A stretch of DNA of 49,362 bases from Gammaproteobacteria bacterium (GTDB taxonomy: Bacteria > Pseudomonadota > Gammaproteobacteria > UBA9214): NCBI GenBank assembly GCA_041552135.1, contig JBFELL010000001.1:1-49362 (forward strand). The letters are read 5' to 3'. The first letter of the stretch is position 1; each line of letters opens with the position of its first letter. The translations under genes and the position numbers were made by a program. Shown here in pieces: positions 34,176 to 43,800 of the stretch. The notes beneath the pieces were generated by a model, which was not told the DNA's origin, searched no databases, and saw nothing but the letters and a program-made list of their open reading frames with translations.

Positions 34176-37070
34176 TCACAGGTACGGTGGCGCCTGGGCC
34201 AGATCCGGTTCACCCAGGTGCTGCAGGATGGCGGCATGGGCGGCATCGCGCAACTGCACCGCCGCGTCCCAGTCCGTGCCGGGCGGCATGATCGTCGCCG
34301 CGACGATAATGCGCGCCGCCCCCCGGCGCGGAAAGCGGGAATCGGCACGCAGCAGCGAGCGGGTCCCGCGGATCGTAACCGGCACCACCGGGACGCCGGC
34401 CTCGGCAGCGGCGACAAAGGCCCCCATATGAAACGGCAGCAGACCCGGCATGCGGGTAAAGGTGCCCTCGAGAAAAAATGCCAGCGGGCGGCCGCCCCGG
34501 ACGGTCTGCACGGTGCGCCGGGCATCGTCCACGCCACGCTGCTTGTCGAAGCGCTCCACGAACACGGCACCGATGCGCTGCAGGAAGCGGCGCGCAATAA
34601 ACTGGCCGGCAAGCTCCGCCTTGGCCACGAAAGAGAACTCCATCGGCAGGGCCGCCACCAGCATCACGCCGTCCAGATAGCTGGCATGATTGGCGACGAT
34701 CACACAGGCCTGCCCCCTGGGCAATTGTTCGAGCCCCTCTACCAACAACGGGGTGCGGACAAGCCGGAACAGCAGCCTTGCCCCCCGGCGCATCACCGAC
34801 CACCGCCAGGAGGCGCGGGGCAATAACGCAACCAGCAGCCATACGGGGGGAGCCAGCAGCCAGAAGACACCATGGGCATAAGCGGCATAGCCCGTGTCAG
34901 AGAGCTTGCGCCACACGCTGCGCAGGCGCGGCCGCAACGAGGCCAGGGTGAGGTGCACGATCTGCCGCCAGGCGGCGCGTGGCTGCCGGCCGATCTGCCC
35001 CGCCTCGAACAGCTCGCGCACGGCCGCACGGCGGATCTTGCCGCTGGAGGTTTTCAGCACCGTATGCGGCGGCGCCAGCACCACCTCGTCGGGCGGCATA
35101 GCCAGCAGATCCGCGGCGACCCCCTGGAGCCGGGCCTGCAAGGCGTCCAGTGCAGCGGCCTCCTCCTCACGGGTTTCGGCAACGACGATCAGCCGCTCGG
35201 TGCCGGAGGCGGGATCCGGGCTGCCGAATACCGCCACACAGCCCTTGCGGATACCTGGGATATCACCCACGGCCTCCTCCAGCTCGTAGGGGTAGACGTT
35301 GCGCCCGCCGCGGATGATGATGTCCTTGACCCGGCTGGTCAGGTAGACGTTGCCCTCGGCGACATAGGCCCGGTCGCCCGAGTCCAGCCACGCCCCGTCA
35401 AACAGGCGCCGGGTCGCCTCGGGGTTGCGCAAGTAACCGCTGCTCGCCGATGGCCCCTGGAATTCCAGCCGGCCTTCCTCCCGTTCCGGCAGCTCGCGTC
35501 CGGCCGCATCGACGATGCGGATCTGATAGCCAGGCAGCGGCTGGCCACAGGCGACGAACTCCAGCGCCCCCCGGGCCGTGTCCGGCACCGCGACGGCCTG
35601 ACCACGGGTGATGAAGGTTTCGCGCTCGATGCGATCGATGCAGGGGCCACGCCCCGGGGGCGGAAAAGCCAGACCCACCGCGGCCTCGGCCAGACCATAG
35701 ACCGGTGCCATGGCCTGAGCCCGGAAGCCGTAGGGGGCGAACCGCTCGACGAAGCGGCGTACCGTGTGGGGACTGACAGGCTCGGCGCCGTTGAAGGCCA
35801 GGCGCAGACTGCCCAGGTCCAGACCCTCGAGTTCGCGCCCGGTCACCTTGTTCAGGCACAGCTCAAAGGCGAAGTTGGGCGCCGCGGTCAGGGTGCCGCC
35901 ATGCCGGTGAATGGTCCACAGCCAGCGCGCCGGGCGCGCCAGAAAGGCCAGCGGCGACATCAGCACCAGCGGTATGCCGTAATACAGGCTGCCCAGCCAG
36001 GCGCCGATCAGCCCCATGTCGTGGTACAGGGGCAGCCAGCTGACAAAGACATCGGTGGAATCGGCCTGTATCACCTCGCCCATGGCTCGGATATTGGCCA
36101 GCAGGTTGGCATGAGTGAGAATGACGCCCTTGGGCTGGCCGGTGCTGCCCGAGGTGTATTGCAGAAAGGCGATGTCCTGTGCCCGGACCGGTCGGCTGGA
36201 GAAGGCCGTCGCCGTGGCCGCCAGTTGCTGCGGCGTGACCACCTCGCGCAGGCAGGAGACCTGCCCCTTGAGCAGACGCCCGACCCGTCGCGCCTCGCTG
36301 ACCGTGATCAGCAGGAGCGCCTGTGCGTTGGCAAGAATCCCGGCATGGCGGCGCATGTGATCCTCGAGCTGCGACGGACGCAGCGGGGGGTAGATGGGCA
36401 CGGGGATGCCGCCGGCCAGCAGGATGCCGAAAAAGCTGAACAGGTAGTCACGACCGGTGGGCAGCATGATGGCCACGCTCTGGCCGGGCAGCAGGCCTCG
36501 CACCTGCAGGCCGGCGGCCAGGGCCTGCGCGCCGGCGGCCAGCTGCGCGTAGGTGATCGTTTCGGGTTCCTCGCGCTCGCCGTACAGGTAGACGTGGGGG
36601 CGCTGCGGATGGCTGAGCACATGCCAGTCGAGCATCTCCGGCAACGTCCCGGCCGTGTAGGGCACCTCCACCGGTTCGTCCATCAATGGCGCCCGGGCCT
36701 GCGCCGCGGGTGCGGGATGCCCCGCGACCTTGCCGGCCTGTACCGCCCGCCACAGGTCGCGCGGCGTCTCGGCACCGACCAGCAACTGTTCCGGCAGGCT
36801 GACGCCGAAACTGCGCTCCAGGCGCAGCAGCAGCTCCACCCGCGACAGGCTGTCGAAGCCCAGCTCGCGATCCAGCGCACTGTCCAGCGTGACACGCAGG
36901 GACCGGCCGCGTCGCGGATGCAGCTCCAGCGCCAGCCCGCGCACCTGCTGCAGCAGGGCATCCGCACTGACCCGGGTCGCCTGATCCGCGCCTTGCTCGG
37001 TCTCTCCCGTCACGCTCTCCCCTTCACCCACTGCCCTGATCCCGCCAACAGCGCCCGCGACCGCAGGCAT
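34176..37070 (-). CDS. Tri-domain carrier protein / fatty acyl-AMP ligase / lysophospholipid acyltransferase fusion
   Basis: N-terminal phosphopantetheine site LGFDSLSRVEL, adenylation core LQYTSGSTGQPKGV, a hydrophobic segment, and a C-terminal PlsC domain (HX4D as NHASYLD, then FLEGT). The start is uncertain: ATG 37070 or GTG 37100. Confidence 0.85.
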   Translation of the reverse strand: MPAVAGAVGGIRAVGEGESVTGETEQGADQATRVSADALLQQVRGLALELHPRRGRSLRVTLDSALDRELGFDSLSRVELLLRLERSFGVSLPEQLLVGAETPRDLWRAVQAGKVAGHPAPAAQARAPLMDEPVEVPYTAGTLPEMLDWHVLSHPQRPHVYLYGEREEPETITYAQLAAGAQALAAGLQVRGLLPGQSVAIMLPTGRDYLFSFFGILLAGGIPVPIYPPLRPSQLEDHMRRHAGILANAQALLLITVSEARRVGRLLKGQVSCLREVVTPQQLAATATAFSSRPVRAQDIAFLQYTSGSTGQPKGVILTHANLLANIRAMGEVIQADSTDVFVSWLPLYHDMGLIGAWLGSLYYGIPLVLMSPLAFLARPARWLWTIHRHGGTLTAAPNFAFELCLNKVTGRELEGLDLGSLRLAFNGAEPVSPHTVRRFVERFAPYGFRAQAMAPVYGLAEAAVGLAFPPPGRGPCIDRIERETFITRGQAVAVPDTARGALEFVACGQPLPGYQIRIVDAAGRELPEREEGRLEFQGPSASSGYLRNPEATRRLFDGAWLDSGDRAYVAEGNVYLTSRVKDIIIRGGRNVYPYELEEAVGDIPGIRKGCVAVFGSPDPASGTERLIVVAETREEEAAALDALQARLQGVAADLLAMPPDEVVLAPPHTVLKTSSGKIRRAAVRELFEAGQIGRQPRAAWRQIVHLTLASLRPRLRSVWRKLSDTGYAAYAHGVFWLLAPPVWLLVALLPRASWRWSVMRRGARLLFRLVRTPLLVEGLEQLPRGQACVIVANHASYLDGVMLVAALPMEFSFVAKAELAGQFIARRFLQRIGAVFVERFDKQRGVDDARRTVQTVRGGRPLAFFLEGTFTRMPGLLPFHMGAFVAAAEAGVPVVPVTIRGTRSLLRADSRFPRRGAARIIVAATIMPPGTDWDAAVQLRDAAHAAILQHLGEPDLAQAPPYL

Positions 37071-37243
37071 ACACCCCGAGGTTAACCGCCGCCCGTCCAC
37101 CCCGGCACCTGAGTGTATCGGCGCACGCCGGGACGGCAGTGGATCGGTGCACGTGCGCCGGCCACACCTTCATAACACCTCAGGCAGCGCTCTGCTAGCC
37201 TTAGCACAGGGATGCCTGACCGATCGCCTCCCGGGTCATCGCC

Positions 37244-38191
37244 ATGCAAGCACGAAACGCTCAACCGCCATTCGCACCCGCCTACCTGGCGCTGCTCGAG
37301 CGCGGCACGCTGGCAGGGCGTGCATCGGCCGCCTGGCGCCACCTGCAAGACTGCGATCTGTGCGCCCGCTATTGCCATATCAACCGCCTGAAAACCCGCA
37401 AGGGCGCGGTCTGCCGCACCGGCGAGCATGCCGTGGTCTACAGTTTCGGCCCGCACCACGGCGAAGAGGACCCGCTGCGTGGCTCACGCGGTTCGGGCAC
37501 CATTTTCTTCAGCTGGTGCAATCTGCGCTGCGTCTTTTGCCAGAACTGGGACATCAGCCACAAGGGCACGGGGCATGAGGTCGAGCCGGATGAACTGGCC
37601 GGGATGATGCTCGCCCTGCAGCGGCAGGGCTGCCACAACATCAACCTGGTCTCGCCGAGTCACGTGGTCGCACAGATCATCCGTGCCGTCGAGATCGCCG
37701 CCCGCAGCGGTTTGCGCCTGCCACTGGTCTACAACACCGGCGGCTACGACAGTCCCGAGGCGCTGGCCCTGCTGGATGGCATCGTCGATATCTACATGCC
37801 GGACATGAAATACGGGGACTCGAGTGTCGCCCGGCGCTATTCCAGGGTGCGCAACTACGTCGAGTCCAATCGCACGGCCGTAAGGGAAATGCACCGCCAG
37901 GTCGGCGACCTGGTGCTGGACGGGCACGGTATCGCGCAACGCGGCCTGCTGGTCCGCCACCTGGTGCTGCCCGGAAATCTCGCCGGCACCGAACAGGTGC
38001 TGGCCTTTATCGCCGGGGAGATCTCGCTGTCGACCTATCTCAACCTGATGGACCAGTACCACCCCTGCTACAGGGCCGGGGAGTACCCGCCCCTGGACAG
38101 GCCGCTGCGCCCGGGAGAGTTCGAGTCAGCCCTGGCACTGGCCGCAAGGTACGGTCTGCATAACCTGGACCGGCGCCGGAGCCGCTGGTGA
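37244..38191 (+). CDS. Radical SAM protein, PflX-like (COG1313)
   Basis: CX3CX2C as CNLRCVFCQNW, preceded by GSGTIFFS. There is an extra N-terminal Cys cluster, CDLCARYCHINR...VC. Confidence 0.85.
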   Translation: MQARNAQPPFAPAYLALLERGTLAGRASAAWRHLQDCDLCARYCHINRLKTRKGAVCRTGEHAVVYSFGPHHGEEDPLRGSRGSGTIFFSWCNLRCVFCQNWDISHKGTGHEVEPDELAGMMLALQRQGCHNINLVSPSHVVAQIIRAVEIAARSGLRLPLVYNTGGYDSPEALALLDGIVDIYMPDMKYGDSSVARRYSRVRNYVESNRTAVREMHRQVGDLVLDGHGIAQRGLLVRHLVLPGNLAGTEQVLAFIAGEISLSTYLNLMDQYHPCYRAGEYPPLDRPLRPGEFESALALAARYGLHNLDRRRSRW

Positions 38192-38225
38192 CGCACCTGC
38201 TGCGTGCAGCGCCTGAGGGGGAGCG

Positions 38226-38504
38226 ATGTTCAGAAAAGACCTTATCGGGCTGTTGCAGGACCGGCCGGCTTCACTCAATCAACTGGCCCTGCTGCTGGGG
38301 GTCCGCCCCAGGGCGCTGGAAGATGACCTGCACCACCTGATCAGGTCACTGAAGCATATGCCATACCATGCCATAATCACACCTGCCACTTGCAGGAAAT
38401 GCGGTTTCGTTTTCCACAAGGACAAACTGCACAAGCCCGGCAAGTGCCCCAGGTGCAATGGCACGTGGATCAGCGACCCCCTGATCAGCATCGAGGAAAA
38501 GTGA
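38226..38504 (+). CDS. Small HTH protein fused to a zinc ribbon (COG3357-like)
   Basis: 92 aa with an N-terminal wHTH-like segment and C-terminal CxxC...CxxC (CRKCG...CPRCNG). Confidence 0.6.
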   Translation: MFRKDLIGLLQDRPASLNQLALLLGVRPRALEDDLHHLIRSLKHMPYHAIITPATCRKCGFVFHKDKLHKPGKCPRCNGTWISDPLISIEEK

Positions 38505-38809
38505 TGAGCAACAGCGAGGAACAGGCCGCCGGAGCCGTCCGTCATGCAGGAGAAACGGCTGCCGTCAGGGTCGAATGCTACGCCGGTTACCGCGCAGAGG
38601 AATCACCACGCCGCTTTTTCATCGGCAAGCGCGAGATCAGGGTGACCGAGATCATCGATCGCTGGCTGGACCCGGCCCATAGCCACTTCAAGGTGCGCGG
38701 CGACGATGACGGTATCTACATTCTGCGTTATGGCCGCGACACCGATGCCTGGGAGATGATCCTGTTCGACAGTGGCACGCGGGAGGAAACGCGCCTGTCC
38801 TCGACCTGA
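38504..38809 (+). CDS. Hypothetical protein (101 aa)
   Basis: Its ATG shares one base with the upstream TGA (sequence ATGA), which suggests translational coupling. I recognise no family. Confidence 0.5.
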   Translation: MSNSEEQAAGAVRHAGETAAVRVECYAGYRAEESPRRFFIGKREIRVTEIIDRWLDPAHSHFKVRGDDDGIYILRYGRDTDAWEMILFDSGTREETRLSST

Positions 38810-38897
38810 TATACAACCAGGGCAATCGGCGCAAAGGGGAGAGGTCTCAGTGTGACGGTTAACCAGGGGACCTTGCCACCAGCCGGAGATACAGCTC

Positions 38898-40085
38898 TCA
38901 GCACGGCGCCACGACAAGCGGCACATACAGTTCCTCATCGCTCAGACCACCGTGAACGCCAACTTGCGAATAGCGATGCTCTGCGAACAACCAGTCCTTG
39001 ATGACAAAGTTGTCCTTCATGATCAGGGTGTAGTCGCCAACCCGCTCGTGCAGCCGCGGGTGCGAAATACCCGGACCGAAGTAGTTTCGTGCGACAAGCT
39101 CATGGCTCGGCCACAGCGTGGCGTACGGCGCCAGCTCGTGGCGGACATAGTGCTCGAAGTCCCGGCGACGATCGGGCCGCACATAACAGTAGGCCACACG
39201 CGGCTCGCCGCACAGGGGTAGCACGAGGGTCTCGGCCAGTTGCGGATGGTCCTCAAGGTCAATGACGCGTTCCCTGGCCGTATCGATGATGCCGTGGTCC
39301 GCGGTCACGATCACCAGGGTATCGCTGCCGGCGATGTCGCCCAGCAAGCGCCCGAACCCGGCATCGAGTTCGGCAAGGTGGTGCTGTGCCGCGTCACTGG
39401 CACTGCCGTGCTCATGGGCGATGCGGTCCAGCCCCGGCCAGTAGGCGTAGACGTAACTGCGCCCCCTGGCAGTGCGCACAAGCCGGGTGACCCGGTCAAA
39501 CAGCTGCTCCAGCGTGTGGTAATCGTGCACCTCGGCCCGGCCCCGATGGGCAAGATTGAAGTCGCTGTGTGCAATGTATTGCGGCGCAATCACATGGCTG
39601 CGCACCCCCAGGCGGTCGAACACCGGCACATGGTCGAAAAGGCGTGTGGCGTCGATGTCCGCCTCGCCCAGCGAGACACCGCCATAACGGGGGCGTGTCT
39701 GCAATACCTTCAGTACGCAGCCAAGTTCCCTGAACCAGGTATGCCAGCCGGTCAGACCGTGCTGGCGTGGCGCCAGCCCGGTGTAGAAGGTGGTAATTGC
39801 CGTGGCAGTGGTGGCCGGGAACACCGAGGTAATACGGCCCCGCAAATGGGCACGCAACAGGCCGCCTGCCCCGGCCCGGGCGAGAAACTGATGGCCGAGG
39901 CCATCAACCACCAGCAGCACGATAGTGCGATAGCCCTGCAAGCGCCCGGGTTCGAGCGCACGCAGCGGCCCGTAAACCTGCGGCGTGCCGCCGAGACCGG
40001 GGACCAGCGACGCCATCAGGTTGACGATGCTGCCGCCCTTGTAATCGGGTTGGGACATGGCACCAGGCTGGTTGACAACGCGCAT
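38898..40085 (-). CDS. Alkaline phosphatase superfamily protein (type I phosphodiesterase/nucleotide pyrophosphatase-like)
   Basis: Metal and nucleophile motifs VVDGLGHQF, FPATTATAITT, TADHG and GVHGG. Confidence 0.8.
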   Translation of the reverse strand: MRVVNQPGAMSQPDYKGGSIVNLMASLVPGLGGTPQVYGPLRALEPGRLQGYRTIVLLVVDGLGHQFLARAGAGGLLRAHLRGRITSVFPATTATAITTFYTGLAPRQHGLTGWHTWFRELGCVLKVLQTRPRYGGVSLGEADIDATRLFDHVPVFDRLGVRSHVIAPQYIAHSDFNLAHRGRAEVHDYHTLEQLFDRVTRLVRTARGRSYVYAYWPGLDRIAHEHGSASDAAQHHLAELDAGFGRLLGDIAGSDTLVIVTADHGIIDTARERVIDLEDHPQLAETLVLPLCGEPRVAYCYVRPDRRRDFEHYVRHELAPYATLWPSHELVARNYFGPGISHPRLHERVGDYTLIMKDNFVIKDWLFAEHRYSQVGVHGGLSDEELYVPLVVAPC

Positions 40086-40372
40086 AAAGCTCGCACCATG
40101 CTAGTACAATAGCGTTCATGAAACCACTGCAGCGAAATCGTCGACGCCAGGCGTGCCGTCACGGCGGATACCGCACTCCGGCTCGGCCGTGCCCCGGGGA
40201 CTGCAGACCGGTTCTGGCTGGGGCTGCAGGCCGGGCATGACCGGGAGAAGACGAGAAAATCTTCAGGCAACGAGCTGGAGAAAACCCGATCCTCGCATAA
40301 ATCCCGGCCGCTGGTCCGGTTTCGAGCGCTGATTCAACGGATGAAATGCCTCCCGGTGTAGGGATTGCGCAA

Positions 40373-40449
40373 TTCACCGAGCGTGCGGTCCCGGCGCAGC
40401 ACTGCAGGAGCGCCGCCCCCGGCGCGAATCGCGGCGAGGCGCCGCTCCT
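40373..40449. repeat. 77-nt dispersed repeat, copy 2
   Basis: 68 of 77 positions are identical to 17497..17573. Confidence 0.8.
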
Positions 40450-40494
40450 ACGGGTGGGTGAAGGAGCGCCGCTGGCAGCAACCCTGCCTGCAGA

Positions 40495-40510
40495 CGCGAA
40501 TGCATTCGCG
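40495..40510. repeat. Perfect 16-nt palindrome CGCGAATGCATTCGCG
   Basis: Read directly from the sequence. Confidence 0.8.
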
Positions 40511-40531
40511 ATGGCTGAATTCGGCTCTTGC

Positions 40532-40561
40532 AGGTTGGGCCAAGCGCAGCGTGCCCAACCT
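40532..40561. repeat. REP-like hairpin AGGTTGGGC-N12-GCCCAACCT
   Basis: Perfect 9-bp stem of the same GGTTGGG type as the hairpin at 23231..23260. Confidence 0.7.
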
Positions 40562-40595
40562 GCCCGCTTGAGTGATAAGAAGCAGAAAGTGACAT

Positions 40596-40780
40596 CCATC
40601 AATACCATTATGCGGAAACTGGCCCGCGATGACCTGCGTGAGTGGACCGGGGACACGATGCTCAAGCGGGGCAAGGGGTATGTGAAACGGATCGACCGGC
40701 TTTCCCGCACAATTGATTCGGTACAGGATTTAACCAGGACCCTGATCACCGGCTATCCCGGGGGGTTCACCGATAGCTGA
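40596..40780 (+). pseudogene. Possible N-terminal fragment of a SWIM-zinc-finger-type protein
   Basis: The short ORF MRKLARDDLREWTGDTMLKRGKGYVKRIDRL resembles the N-terminus of SWIM-domain proteins but stops after about 60 codons. The call rests on weak, memory-based similarity. Confidence 0.2.
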
Positions 40781-40860
40781 TCCGTGCAGTGATATCCAAC
40801 GCAAAACCGTGAACAGATAACCCAAATCCACCGCAACAGGAACAACACAGGCCACCATCG

Positions 40861-43800
40861 ATGGACAAATTGTTCAAACTAACGGGGTTCCTCCCGTTTA
40901 TCCTGATTATCTTTCTGAACGCCTTTGTCGATCTGGGACACAAGATTCTGATCCAGAATACGGTCTTCAAGATCTATGATGGCCAGACCCAGATCATCCT
41001 GACAGCCATCGTGAACGGCCTGATACTGCTGCCGTTCGTACTGCTCTTTTCACCTGCCGGCTATCTCTCCGACAAACACCAGAAACCCCTGATCATGAAA
41101 GTCAGTGCGGCCGTTGCCGTCGGTCTGACCCTGCTGATCACCCTCTCCTACTACCGCGGGTGGTTCCAGCTTTCCTTTGCCTTGACCTTTCTGCTGGCGG
41201 TACAAAGCGCCTTCTATTCGCCGTCAAAGTACGGCTACATCAAGGAACTGACAGGCAAGGAGCCGCTGGCCATTGCCAATGCCGTCGTGCAGGCAATCAC
41301 CATTGTGGCCATCCTCGTTGGCATCTTCTCCTTCTCGGTGTTTTTTGAGCGGAGTCTGGACGGGATGAGCTATGAAAATGAATCACAAATATTGCAGGCG
41401 ATTGCACCGCTCGGCTGGATTCTGGTGATGTGCTCATCGCTTGAATTGATGTTTGCCATGCGACTGCCACCCCGTGAGGCCGCAGCGGCCGGGCAGCACT
41501 TTGACGTAATACAGTACAGCACGGGGCACTACCTGCGGGACAATCTGAACAAGATCCTGGCAAACAGAACCATCTGGCTTTCGATTGTGGGCTTGTCCGC
41601 GTTCTGGGGAATCTCGCAGGTCGTATTGGCCACCTTCCCGGCCTTCGCCAAGGAGACGCTGGGTGAGAGCAACACCGTTGTCATTCAGGGAATACTGGCC
41701 TGTTCCGGTTTCGGCATCATCATCGGCTCCCTGCTGGCCGGTCAATCCTCGAGGCATCACATCGAAACGGGCCTCGTACCGCTGGGTGCGCTGGGCATCG
41801 TTGGTGCACTCTTTTTCCTGCCACAACTGAACTCGAATACCCTGCTGGTCATCGACTTTCTGTTGCTGGGCATCTGTGGCGGCATGTTCATCGTACCACT
41901 CAATGCATTGATTCAGTTCCATGCCCGGGATGACCAGCTGGGCACCGTGCTGGCAGGCAACAACTGGGTGCAAAACGTGGTCATGCTGGCATTCCTGTGC
42001 CTGACTGTCTTCTTTGCCATCTACGGCATCAGCAGTATCGGCCTGTTTCACATACTGACCATCACGGCCCTGGCGGGCGCCCTCTATACCGTCTATCAAC
42101 TGCCACAATCGCTGGTGCGTTATGTCATTGCGCGAGTGTTCTCCAGCACCTACCGTATCAAGGTCCTGGGATTTGAAAACCTGCCTGGTACCGGCGGCGT
42201 GCTGATGCTGGGCAATCACATCAGCTGGCTCGACTGGGCGATGATCCAGATCGCCTGCCCGCGGCCGGTGCGCTTTGTAATGCATCAGCTAATCTATCAG
42301 CGCTGGTATCTGAAATGGTTCCTTGATTTCTTCGGCGTCATTCCGATCGCCGCGGGCCAGAGCAAGGATGCGCTGCAACAGATCAACGAACTGTTGCGCG
42401 CAGGCGAAGTCGTTTGCCTGTTTCCGGAAGGGGCAATCAGCCGCAGCGGGCAGCTGGGTGAATTCAAGCATGGTTATGAGCGCACCATCGAAGGCGTGGA
42501 TGGCATTATTCTGCCGTTCTACTTACGCGGCCTCTGGGGCAGCCGCTTCTCGCGCTCGAGCGGAAAACTCCGGGAGATCCGTAACACGCGCCTGCGCGGG
42601 GACGTCATCGTCGCCTTCGGCAAGCCCCTGCCCATGGACACGCCGGCGCACGAACTGAAAAGGCAGGTACTCGAACTCTCGATCGATACCTGGGAGCACC
42701 ATACACAAACCCTCGACCCCGTTCCCCTGGCGTGGTTGCGCAGTGCAAAACGACGCGGCAATGAACCCTGCCTGGCAGATGCCAGCGCAGCGACCACACT
42801 CTCCGGTTACAAATCCATGACCGCCGTCATCGCATTCTCCCGTCTCATTCGCAGGCGTAGTCCGGAGCACAATATCGGCCTGCTCTTGCCAACCAGCAGT
42901 CCAGGCATCATCACCAACATGGCGGCCTTGTTGCTGGGCAGGACCGTGGTCAACCTGAACTACACGGCCAGCATGCAGTCACTGCTTGTCGCGGCAGGAA
43001 AAGCAGAGATTGGCAGCCTTTACACCTCCAGACGCTTTATCAGGAAACTGGAGCAACGTGGCATCGACCTGAACGAACTCCTGACCCGGGTTCAGGTACA
43101 CTTCCTCGAAGACCTGAAAGACGAGATTGGCACGTTTACCAGGCTTTCTCTGCTGCTCTCTGCGGCCGTGTTGCCGGCAAGGGTACTCTATGCACTGTTC
43201 GGCCGGCGTGCCGGCATTGATCAACCCGCCGCCATCCTTTTCTCTAGCGGCAGCGAGGGAGAACCCAAGGGCGTTGTCCTCAGTCACCGCAATATCATGG
43301 CCAATATCCGCCAGGTATCGGATGTACTCGACGTGCGCGATGATGACACCATCATGGCAAGCCTGCCCCTGTTTCATGCCTTCGGACTCACCGTCACAGG
43401 ACTCATGCCCCTGGTTGAGGGCATCCCGGTCATCTTTCATCCGGACCCTACGGATGTCCTGACAATTGCGAAGGCCATCGCAAGGCATCAGGCCACCGTA
43501 TTTTGCGGCACCTCCACCTTCCTGCGATTGTTTAGCAGAAACCGGCATATCCACCCGCTGATGCTTGACTCATTGCGGGTGGTGGTGGCCGGTGCCGAAA
43601 GGCTGAACCCGGAGGTACGGGATGCCTTCAAGCTCCGGTTCAACAAGGAGATCTACGAAGGCTACGGCAGCACGGAAACCACACCGGTCGCCAGCGTCAA
43701 CATCCCGGACCGCATCGACCTGCGGGACTGGAAGGTCCAGCAAGGGAACAAGCCCGGTACCGTCGGCATGCCCCTGCCTGGTGGCAGTTTCCGTATTGTT

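Noticed and set aside
34872-37085. 737-aa plus-strand ORF
   Set aside because: It lies antisense to the ACP-FAAL-acyltransferase gene. Its composition is low-complexity Gly/Arg/Ala/Gln.
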